The position numbers were made by a program, and so were the translations under genes. From assembly GCA_028534125.1 (NCBI GenBank), contig CM052828.1, positions 60,822,001 through 60,886,000 of the forward strand: a DNA stretch of 64,000 bases. Reading direction: 5' to 3'. Positions 12,142 to 22,578 of the stretch are shown here, one piece after another (positions within the stretch are counted from its first letter, which is position 1; each line of letters opens with the position of its first letter). The notes below the pieces were generated by a model, which searched no databases, was not told the DNA's origin, and was given only the letters and a program-made list of their open reading frames with translations. This DNA is from Lama glama. Its lineage: Eukaryota.

Positions 12142-12307
12142 GCCGTTCCTCAGCTACCGGAGGATGTACTATGTGTTCATCCAGATGCTGTCCAGCGGGC
12201 CCGCCTGGCTGGCCATCGTCCTGCTCGTCACCGTCAGCCTCCTGCCCGACGTGCTCAAGAAAGTGCTGTGCAGACAGCTGTGGCCCAGTGCCACCGAGAG
12301 GGTCCAG
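12142..12307 (+). CDS. ATP11A: ATP11A coding exon (approx. exon 28), last constitutive coding exon
   Basis: ctgcag|G CCG...CAG|gtaccg; 166 nt, phase 2 to 0; PFLSYRRMYYVFIQMLSSGPAWLAIVLLVTVSLLPDVLKKVLCRQLWPSATERVQ (TM10). Confidence 0.96.
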
Positions 12308-13476
12308 GTACCGCCCCGCCCCGGGGTCTCAGCGGGAGGCCGGCCTCACGGAGGAGGGCCTGGAAGCTTGGGTTTGGGAGTGTGACCAGCCCAGCACTGC
12401 TAATGAGTTCCCCGATGACAGGTGCTTGTCAGCGCTAAGCAAGGTAACATTCCAGGTGGCCAGGGTTGAGAGCTGAACAGCGTAGTTGGCTGAAATAAGA
12501 AACAGACTGAGAGAGAAAGGTTAAGCCAGTACAGAAGACAAATTATTTTGTGTAAATTCAAAAAAGTTTTTTTTATTAATCATTGTTTTGAAGTTAGAAT
12601 TGCATTACCTCTAGGGGAGGTGGATTTGGCTCAGACCTTAGCGTTTGTCCTGGGACATCCTGGTTATGAGCAGGCACTTGCTTCCACACTCCCAGACGAG
12701 GCCAGCGGCTGGATCCTGGGTTCAGGGAAGAAGTGAGACACACAAAAGGCCCAGCTGACTTCAGACACAGGATGTTACTCGGAGCTTCTGAGACCGCTCT
12801 GCCCCCTGGACTTCCCGGGGAGGGGACGCTCCCCCACCCCCCCCACTGTGACCCCCCGTCCCTCCCCCCATGACCCCCTGTGAGCTGCCCTCGGAGGTGC
12901 AGAGCCTCAGGGCGGAGGAGGAGGGTGGCGTGAAAGGGCCGAGCCCCCGCCGGGCAGCTGGGGAGGGTGCTTGTCCAGGCGAAGGGGGCGGGCGCGCAGG
13001 TGGGGGGCTGGAGAGAGGGTGGAAACTTTACAGGACGTCCACCCGCGGCCCCCGTAGTCTCGGCCCTTCAGTGCAGGTGGCCCTCCCCTGGGCTGGGGCC
13101 CCACCTCCGCCCATCCTGGCGGGTGACAGGACCGGCATGGGGAGCTTTCTTAGCTCTCGGGCTCATTTACTCCTGAGCTCAGGCCCCAGGCCCCAGGCCT
13201 CGGGAGTCCTCTGTGTCATTCCTGCCGGGTTTGTAAAGTCAGTGCTGACAAATCTCAGGAGGTCAGAGCAGGAGACCCACTGTGGGAAGTGAGGGCTGCG
13301 GCCTCCGAGCTCAGCGGACGGTGGACGCTGCGGCCGTCTGACCGTACTCACCGCCTTCTCTTGTCTCTTCTCTTGCTGGTTCCTCTCGTCTTCCGGCCTC
13401 TTTGCCCAAATAACCATCCTGTCTAACGATGTGCATGGCCTCCTGACCTCTGACCTCTGACCTCTGGGACCGGCAG

Positions 13477-13554
13477 ACTAGGAGCCAGTGCCTTTCTGTC
13501 GAGCAGCCCACCGTCTTTATGCTTTCCCAGACTTCCAGCGGTCTGACTTTCTAG
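13477..13554 (+). CDS. ATP11A: ATP11A canonical C-terminal exon (29a-like); exon spans 13477-13563
   Basis: cggcag|ACT...TTC TAG cgggacaag|gtgatg; TRSQCLSVEQPTVFMLSQTSSGLTF*, matching my recollection of the human tail TKSQCLSVEQSTIFMLSQTSSSLSF. Confidence 0.93.
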   Translation, partial: TRSQCLSVEQPTVFMLSQTSSGLTF

Positions 13555-15549
13555 CGGGACAAGGTGATGCCTTCCTGTCTTCTCGCACGTTTGGGGTTGA
13601 GTCGCAGGATGCGGGGGCCTGGCGTGTAACCTCGGGAGGCACGAGCGCAGCCCTGGCTGGGAGGTACCGGGCCGCAGCGTCCGGAGATGTGGGCACGGGG
13701 CGGCTTCCATCCAGGCACCAACCAGTCCATTGGAAGCGTCAGGGCCCACCTGCCTGGAGGCTGCACGTCTGTGGAGGGTGGGGAGCCGGCTGCCACCACG
13801 CTGGTCCTTCCACGGGGCCCCTCTGCAGCCCCGGGGACGAGGGCAGGTCCTCTCTGCCACTCGCCCACAAGCCTGGCTCTGCATTCGGGGTCCAGGGCCC
13901 CACAGGAGAGGCAGACTGTGGGCAGAGCCGGGACAGACATGTTTGCGGTCAGCTCTTTTACCAAATTCCCTTTTCACTTTTTTTTAAGAATCTGATTGTT
14001 TTTAGGAAAAGGCTCTGCCTTTGCTTTAAGTGGCTGCAGTGCCCCTGTCTTAGCGACACAGAGCCGTGAGCCTGGGGTTTTCTGTGCCGGCCGCCTGGGG
14101 CCCAAGGCTTTCCGTCCAGAGCCAGGGCTTTGGGGACAGAGCTTACCTGTTTCCGGGTGTTTGTGTACCTGAAGGCCCCCTTTGTGTGGCCTCCAAATCC
14201 GGCAGACTTTGCGGGCCTGTGTTTGCTGTTACAGCTTTACCAAGGCCGCGTGCTTCATAGGAAAATGCCTAAACCGAAAAAAAAAAGCCTTTTTCTTTCC
14301 TTTTAGTAATGGTTCATGTTCTATAAAGGTTTAGCAGTGTTTTTTAATTAACAAGACATGCATCTTTAAGTTCAGGTAATTGTTGGGAATCAAAATTGTT
14401 CTAATCTGGTGCCATTAGAATCTGTGAGAATAAATTACATGATTTCGTTTTGCTGTTTTCATACCTGAAAACGTGTAGGATGAAATTATTAGGAACACTT
14501 TTAATAAGTCACAGGAGGTGCTTATGAAATTGGCTAAGTCATGCCAGCTCTGGGCTGAGAACACATACTCTATTGATACAGTTAATCAAGAGCTGATTTG
14601 CTTCTGAACCTTTGTGGAAGCCAGACCCTGGCTGCTTGGGGCCAGGGGCAGCACTGAGCCCCACGGCCGCGCTGCCGGGACCCGGGGGCGCCCCACCCAC
14701 CCCTCACGGGGCCCCTGCCGCCTGCGTGCTCCCCGCGCGCACGGGGTCGGCGCTTTGTGGCTGTGTATCGCCTGACCTCGGCAAAACTTTGGAGGAATAA
14801 ACGTTGACTAGTCCTTAGGTGGAACATCCCACACTTCAAACATGTGGTTTTGTCTTTTAATCTGTCCTGTTGAAAAGAAAAACATCGCTGGCCCCATTTC
14901 ATGTATATTCATATACGTGTGTGTGCACATGTGTCAGCCCTGTGTGTGTGCGTTTATTCCATCTGTGTTCATCTTTCTGTACGGTTGTCTCGTCTCCGCC
15001 CCTGCAAAGAGCAGCAGTGCTGGTCGGCTCTCCCGCTCCTCGTCTGCATCTCCAGCCTTGTGGTTCTTCCACTCCTCAAATTCCCTTCTTCCTCGATGCT
15101 GAGAAACTCACACGGCTTGCCTTGAAAACCTGAGTATTCTGACGCCCAGCCCCGCTGACCTGCAGCCCCACGACTCCTTAGGCGTCCAGGATTCTGGGCT
15201 CAGGCCGGGGCTCTTCCGTTTGACTGGAGAAGGGGCCGAAGGACAGGGCCAGACAGGCACACAGAGAGGGACAGAGGGGCGGGCAGGTGCAGAGTTCCCG
15301 CAGGCCTGGGGGCCTTTGGGGGAGCACCGCCGTCAGGAAATTGCTCAGGAGGCATGCGGTGAGTGGGCCGGACCCTTAGCGCCAGGCTTCAGCACTCTGG
15401 ACAGTGGCCTCTGCTGCGCCCAGCGTGGCAGGTCCCTTGGGGGACGCCCCGGCCCGGCCTCCTCTCTGTGCCGTGTCCCCCTCATTGCCCCACAGAGCTA
15501 GGGGCCGTGTGGCCGCGGCACAGGCTCAGTGTCTGTCCTCGCCTTGCAG

Positions 15550-15642
15550 AGGAGCCCGAGCCGCCCAGCCCCGGCCGACACCGCGCCGAGCCCCGACTGG
15601 CCTCTCCTGAAGGACCCCGAGCCGCGGCCGAGGCGCGAGTAG
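15550..15642 (+). CDS. ATP11A: ATP11A alternative C-terminal exon (29b-like); exon spans 15550-15653
   Basis: ccttgcag|AGG...GAG TAG cccgcggatag|gtaacg; 104-nt exon; phase 0 gives RSPSRPAPADTAPSPDWPLLKDPEPRPRRE*. Confidence 0.68.
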   Translation, partial: RSPSRPAPADTAPSPDWPLLKDPEPRPRRE

Positions 15643-16598
15643 CCCGCGGATAGGTAACGGCCGCCCGGCGGGCAGCCCGTGTGCTGTGCTCTTGCCGACT
15701 GCCTGTTCTTCCTCCAAAGTTTTGCTGTGCTGTGCCGTTTCTGATAGGTTCATGATAAGAAAGAAATGCTTTACACACGTGTGCTCTGTCCCAGGTAAGT
15801 GGCCTGCCCAAGAGGCCGGGCCGAGGAGGGCAGCGTGCTGCACACATGTAGGCACATGTGCACACACACCTGTGCAGCACACACCCCTGGGTACACGCAC
15901 ACTGGGCGGACATCGCCGCACACCAGGCAGGCATCATCGCACACGTGATCACACGTGATGAGTGTCAAGAACCTAGCTCACCTCGCCTGCGGCTGTGGGA
16001 ATAGCTTCACCCAAAAGGTGGAGTGGGAAAGACCACATTTTGACATAGAAAAAGGAACATGGTGTGATTGGTCCTGCATGTTGGCCAGGGCAGGTGTCCA
16101 TCGGCTGGGAGTGGAGCTTTGGCCTGAGAGATGTGAATGTGCAGCCACGTCCCCAGTGTGTCCTGAGCTGGACCTCAGGTGTGACCAGCACGGCTGCCTT
16201 CTCCGTCAAGAAGCCGGCTCTCCTGCCGGGCTACCCCACCCCTTCCCATCTGTTCTGTTCAACCACATGGGCCGGGCGAGATGTCCATGGGTGGAGACAG
16301 GCTGGCCTGGTGGGCAGGAGGCAGGTTTGAGCGAGGCCAGCACAGCCATGTTGGAGGTGCCATGCGCAGCCTGGGGCCCAGGGAGGCGCCCTGTGTTTTG
16401 ACCCACATCCACACACGGTGGGCCCGAGAAGGGGGCACGGTCTCGGCCAAGACGCAGTCCACACGTCACCTCTGCGTCTGGTTCGGGCAGTGGGCGCCAC
16501 CTGCCTGCGCTCTGGAGGGAGCCCTTCCAGGTCAGGTGGGCGTCAGGTGGGATTCCCACGGGGGTCCTGGTTCTGACTGTCCTTTCTGTTCCCGACAG

Positions 16599-16655
16599 AC
16601 CGCGCACGTGGTGTCAGGACCACCTCTCCGAAGTTACCCCCTTGCCTCTCTGTAG
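16599..16655 (+). CDS. ATP11A: Start of ATP11A terminal exon; coding only when upstream tail exons are skipped (TAHVVSGPPLRSYPLASL*)
   Basis: cctttctgttcccgacag|ACC; retains the PLASL block I recall from the human long-tail isoform (..SEFTPLASLQSP..) but stops right after it. Confidence 0.7.
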   Translation, partial: TAHVVSGPPLRSYPLASL

Positions 16656-19600
16656 ACCCCCACCCCAGGCAGCGCCCCTTCCCAGCCCTGGTCTCTCAGA
16701 CTTCCTGCCTGTCCAGCTGGAGACCCTGCCCCCATGGCCCAAGGGGAGGCCAGAGGGACAGATCACCGTGCCAGCCCTTAAGAGCCACACAGTGTGTGCC
16801 TCTCCTGGCAGAGAAGGGAGGGAGCACGATGGAGGATGCGGCAGAAGCCGTCCCATTCCTGCACAGCTCGGCGGTGACTACAGAGGACACAGCATGGAGC
16901 CCCGTCCCTCCATGAGGACATCTGCTTGGAGACCGCGGTCCGTCCAGGCAGAGGCCGCACCACGACCTCCAGGCCAGGGAAGCACAGCCTGGACGTGCCC
17001 TCCGACGTGGGGGTCTGAACCCCCTGCTGCTGATCTCCCAGTACCCCTGTTTTCTGAACTGGCCGGCAGGCCCCAGTGACCGGCACCACTGACGCTGCTG
17101 TCGGAGCCCTGCGCCAGGAAGCTGGCTGATGCATCCGATCCCGAGCCCGCTTCTCTGGGGGGGCCGGCACTGGTGTGTTTGGGGTGTCTCCTCTCCACCC
17201 CCCGCTGCCTCTGTGCGGAGGAGGCCACCGTCCATTAAAGCTTCTCAGCGCAGGGTCTGAGATACGTCGTCACACCCCCGAGGACCAGCTGGCCGGTTTG
17301 CTGTTGCCGGGAACTGCTGGCTTCAGGGCGCTGAGGGGAAGGGTGGGGTCTGGGTGCCCAGGTAGGCATCTGGCTGTGGTGGTCAGAACCCCTTTCCAGC
17401 GTCCCTACCGAGAGTGGCCTCTGGGGGTGGTGCTGTCTCCCCAGGTCTGTGTCGGGCTCCCTGGGTCTGACCAGGTGGCTGGGAATCCTAAACAGCAGTA
17501 CCGCGCCCGGGGCCACCACCCTCACTGACCAGGCCTTGCTCCGAGCTGTCCGCCTGGTCCCTGCTCTGCAGCAGGTGCCAGCGGCGCTTTCTTTGGGGTG
17601 GGAAACCACCGCCAGGCAGCTGCCGTGTGAAGTCCCTGTGCTTTTCGGTACCTTTATCTCTGTTTCTAGAAATAACCCATTCGACGTAGCCTTAACGGTC
17701 CATAAACAAGACATTTCAGTCTGAGATTCAACCTTCAGATAGTAAAACCGATGCCTTTTTAGGAAAGCGTCACCCAGAAGCTAAGCGTTGTTCCCCTGCT
17801 GGGTTCGCCTGCGGGACTCGGGGACGTCGTGAGCAAACACTGAGTCCTCTTCTGAGATGCTCGATGTTAGGGGTTTGGGGAAGTTCCACTTTCACAGTTG
17901 GACTGTATGATGTTTTGCCTGTAAAATACTTATCTGAACTGGGGGGTGAATTAGCAGTGAGAGCCGTGCACACAGGTAGCTGGCATGAAGGGCGAACACC
18001 TACCAAAGACGAGGATGAAGGGCGCGGGCTCCGAGTGGGATGGGGGCGGCGGCACCTGTCCGTCCAGGGGCCTCCAGCCCACTCCCTGCCCTCTGTCACT
18101 CCTGCCCCACTGCCTGTGTGTGGTCCACAACACCCTGCAAGCAGTGGGGGCATTTTTACAGCCGTTTTTAAGAACCTAATATGGGTATAAATGTAATACC
18201 TGTGGGGGCAGATCCTCTGTGTGTTTAGTTAACAAATTCTTTGTAATGTATTTTTTTAGAAATCTTAAAACTGCCTTTGCACTGAAGTATTTTCGTAGCT
18301 GTTTATACCTCTTTTATTCTTTCATTTGTTACTGCACCATTTCTAATTTTTAAAGTATGTTTTTAAAGCTTTTATTTTTTAAGTTGATGAAATTTTGGCC
18401 ACTTTACATTTGAATTCTGGTGGGAGTTTTGGCTGAATGTCTCAATAGCTGGTGAATGTGAATTTTCAGATTTGATTTTATTCTCAACATCTGTTCGTTT
18501 TTTGGTGTTTCCAATGGGAATGGGTAGTTAAAAGGCATCTTTAGTGTATGACAATTTGCTGTGCTTTTTCTTCACAATTCATTGCAGTTGCATCTGCTTT
18601 TTGTTCGGGTTTTCATTTCTGTCCTTCAGCCTTAAAGTAGAAGCTTTTGATGGTTAGGATTGAGATGGTCGCCGTTTACCACGGGTAGTTCAAGCCTCCT
18701 TATGAAGGTCGCTGACCTTTACACGTTCCAAACTGTCTTTTTTAAATTGTCTGGGAAATTACTAAGTGACCGCCTGGTCACTGGAAATAAGCGAGGGGCC
18801 CCAGATAAACGGTGAGATGGAAGGAGGGAAGGACATTCCAGAGAAGACTTCACGCGGCCCGCCTCACGGTGGTCAGGACTTACTTGCCTTAAACCAACCT
18901 TAAGCAAGTAACTAACTGATGCACTTCCCTCGGTTTTGGAAATCTTAGTCTCAGCCGCACGTTAACGAATTCCTGCCGGCGTTTCCCACGTGGGTCCGGA
19001 CATCCGGGCCCTGACACGCACGCGTCCCCCGGCGCAAGCTGACCCTCGGCGCGTTGCTTGGCCACGTCGGTCCTGCCCTCAGGCCCGCGGCCCCCGGAGG
19101 CCGCGCCCGCGCCTGTGCAGCCTGGGCCTCGGTGCGGCTCCCCCCTCCCGGAAGTGCATCCGCAGCTGGCAGGAGGGGCCCCGTCAGACCCCCAGTCGGC
19201 CCGCAGCTGTGCGCTTGACGCCACGGGTGAACGCAGGCCAGGTGCCCCGCGAGGGGCCGGGGAGGCCAGCTTCTGCAGCAGCGGGTTCCTGCAAGTGTGG
19301 TTTGGCCTGGTGAGGTTTAGCAGCTTTAACTACAGAAATGCCTCACCACGCGCTGTCGCTGTTCCTAAATTGTTGGGCATCAACCAAAAAGTCAGAGCAA
19401 CCAGAGGGAAGTTCCCGGCCTTTTTCTTTAAAACCACTAAGTTCATCTGTTTTGCACTGATTGTTAATAACCTAATGCAGTCACTTCTGCTTCATCTTAA
19501 AATTAATGGTATTTATTTGACGACTCAGTGTAACAGCTTGCTATGCATTTCCTTTTAGAAGGTTCCCGTTTGTAACTTTAAAAACAGGAAAAATGTCAGT

Positions 19601-20290
19601 CGGCAGATGCATTCATTCTTTTGTTTTTCTTTACGTTAGAGGGCAGGTGAATGGGGGGGACACTCATTCGATGTTGTCTAGAAACAAAGCTTTAATGAAA
19701 TGTGATGGAGTATTATTAAAGTATGACTCTACTTTTGCAGAAAAAAATCTAAAGATCAGTTTATATAGCTTTATTTTTCACCTTATCGGAATATACAGAA
19801 TTTTAATATGCATATGTTGTCTCCGACTTAAAATTATAATGTGTGTCTGCATTGCTGTTTAAAATGTCCATTCATTATGTAATGTAGTAAAAGAGAATCT
19901 CCAGAAATGTATTTAAAACAGATGGTATCTATAGTTGTCACCATAAATACTGGAATTTACTTTTAAATTATTGAACATAGTAGGTGCGTTTAAGATAATA
20001 AGTCAGCCTCCAAACAGTAGTGTTTAACTGATAACAATTCACTAACCTGCTTTGAAAAATTAAATTGTGAATTAAACCAAATCTTAATTTCTGTAAAATT
20101 TACTTTGTATGCTATTATTTTTAACTTTTATTTCCGTAGGTAAATGATGTCTTCATAATATTAATTATAATTGGACTTTTCTGCAGATTATCTAAGCAGG
20201 AAACCTGAATCTGCTTGCAATAAAGAAGAGAGGGAAAATGTCTGGTTTAGTTTCTTTATAAATAAAAAAATAAAAGCAGAAAAGTTGGTC
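16656..20290 (+). other. ATP11A: ATP11A 3' UTR
   Basis: Follows the terminal-exon acceptor; AT/U-rich blocks at ~18170-18750 and ~19400-20280 contrast with GC-rich flanks; ends in clustered AATAAA. Confidence 0.8.
20219..20274 (+). terminator. ATP11A polyadenylation signal cluster
   Basis: AATAAA at 20219, 20261 and 20269 at the end of the AT-rich UTR, before return to GC-rich sequence. Confidence 0.75.
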
Positions 20291-22164
20291 TTAAATTTCT
20301 GCTAAGAGAAGCTGCAGGGTAAAAACACTCTCAAACCAAGTGTTTTTGTTTAGGATGAGGGAGGAGGGCACTGTGGGGCAGCTTCCCTGAGAACGTGTTG
20401 GGTGGGGTGGCTCCAGGGTCCCCTGCAACACAGACAGGAGGTGTCGGATTTCTTAACGCTGTCTGTTCCCTCCAGACTCGCCCCCAGACCCCCACGGCCT
20501 CGGGCAGTTACACAGAGCAGAAGGGCCAGTTCTTTGTGCCCACCCCCCCACCCTGGCCCTGCACCTCTTCTGGTGGCCACCGCCACCCTCTCCAGCTCCT
20601 GGCCTCCTCTGAGAACTAACCTCAAAAACACTCCACAAGTCCTGACGCCAGGTCCCAGTTCCTGGGATTCTGACTCCAGGGGACCAGGGAGGAGCCCAGC
20701 TGGGAACCAGCCTCATTGGGCAGGCTGGGGCTGCCCCTTCAAGGCTGACTGAGCTCAGCTCCGAACCCTGGGAGGCACCAGCTCCAACTTGGGGCTTTTT
20801 CCCGGCCCCCAAGCAAGCACACAGCGAGGGCAGAGTCACTCACCCTGAGTGGGTGACCTTTGCTGTCGGCAACCAAGTGCCAGCAGCCAGCACAGCTCAC
20901 AGGCACTCCAGGAAGTGGATGCTGCAGGTGAGTCCGGGTCCCGGGGCCCTTGTTCGCTTTGTCCAGCGTCCACACCTGCCTCAGGTGACCTGAAGGTGTG
21001 TCCTCCCGACAGCAGCTTTCGAAGCCGAGTGAGGCCCCCGGCCCAAGGCTGGGCAGGGGAACCGCCAGCGTGCTTGCCTGCGCCCATGTGAGCGCCCAGG
21101 CCTTTATTCCTCCAGGTCGTACCCTAACTTGATCAACCCTCACACCTTATTAAGCTTCCTCTTTCATGGAAAAGTCTTGGGAACACAATTTCTCAATCCC
21201 TTTCTTGCGTTAAAGGGGATACCACTGAAGCCACGTAAGCACAGGAGCTCTCCCAGGGAAGTGTGCGTTTTCACTATTTGGGCAGTGACTGCGGACACCC
21301 GGGGACGCGCACGCAGGTAGCAAGTGCCTGCCTCATCCCTGAGACACGTGGACTGGCCCTAGCCCGCCTGACACAGGCCCAGCAGCAAGCAGAGAAGCCC
21401 AGCGTGGACACCAAGCCCCAGAGAGCGGGCAGGCGTCCGGCTACAGCCGGCCCATCCTGCGTCGTCATCTGCTGTTTGACGCCAGGGAAGTTTTCCTGCA
21501 ACGCCCGGCAGCACCTTATCCAGGGCCCCGCTTCCATCCCTTCATGTGCCTGCTGAGCCTTCACCAAGGCGTGGGAACTCAGAAGCCCCTGGAACCCCTG
21601 GGGAGGCTGTGCCTCGCACCCGAGGGGCCTGTGGCAACGCTGTCCCAATGTATTTACCAAACCCTTCGTGAGAAATGGATTCCTGGGTGTACTGCTAACT
21701 AAGAAAATGGATTGTCCTTCAAAATTAGTCACACAAAATCATCACTTGAAAACAATTCACTCACCAATGCTCTTATTCACTTGGTTTTTACAAGATCCAA
21801 AGAGAGGGAAAGAGTTTTAAGATAATTAAGAGTAACATTTCCTTCGAGACTCAGATCGTTTTAATGCCTCTAGAATTTTAAAAAGACCTACTATAAATAA
21901 AGTCTCAAAATATGAGTTAAATATCAGAATAAACATGGTGCTTTAATTAGCTAAGATTCTGTTTTGGTTTTGAATATTATGGTTCCGAAATCTTTACAAA
22001 CTAGTTGAGCAAAAAGTATACATGACGTCAGGGGCAAATTACAGCTGAAGACACATCATGGCTTCGAATGTATCAAACCTGAAAACGCACTATTCTAGTA
22101 GCGCTCACAGGGAGTCTCGCACAGACACGCCGTCCCACTGGGAAGTAAATCTGTGCCTTTCTGT

Positions 22165-22578
22165 AGCTCACTGTCCCCTGGGGCAATGGTAACAAACCGT
22201 CACAGCCCCCCCCCCCCCGGCTTAAACAGAGGAGCTGATGCTCCCTCAGCCCCAGAGGTCAGGTGTCCGCAGGCCGGTTCCTCCGAGGCTGTGAGGGAGA
22301 GTCTGCTCCGAGCTCTCCCAGCTCCTGGAGCTCCCTGGTTTGTGGCCACTTCACCCCATCTCTGTCTCTGTCTCCACATCGTGCTCCCCGGTGCATGTCT
22401 GTGACCCAATGCCTCGTTTTATAAGGACACCAGTCAGAGTTAGGGGCCCACCCAGATGACCTTGCTTTAGCTTAATTGCCTCCGTAAAGACCCTGTTTCC
22501 GAATAAGTCACAGTCTGAGGTACTGGAGGTTAGGATCTCAACGTCTTTTTGGACAGATCACAGTTCAACCCATGGCAG
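22165..22578 (-). mobile_element. MaLR solo LTR (MLT1B/C-like)
   Basis: Diagnostic 'ggcttaaaca', 'ttttataaggacaccagtca', 'aagaccctgtttccgaataagtcacagtctgaggtactggaggttagga', 'cacagttcaacccat'. Confidence 0.8.
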
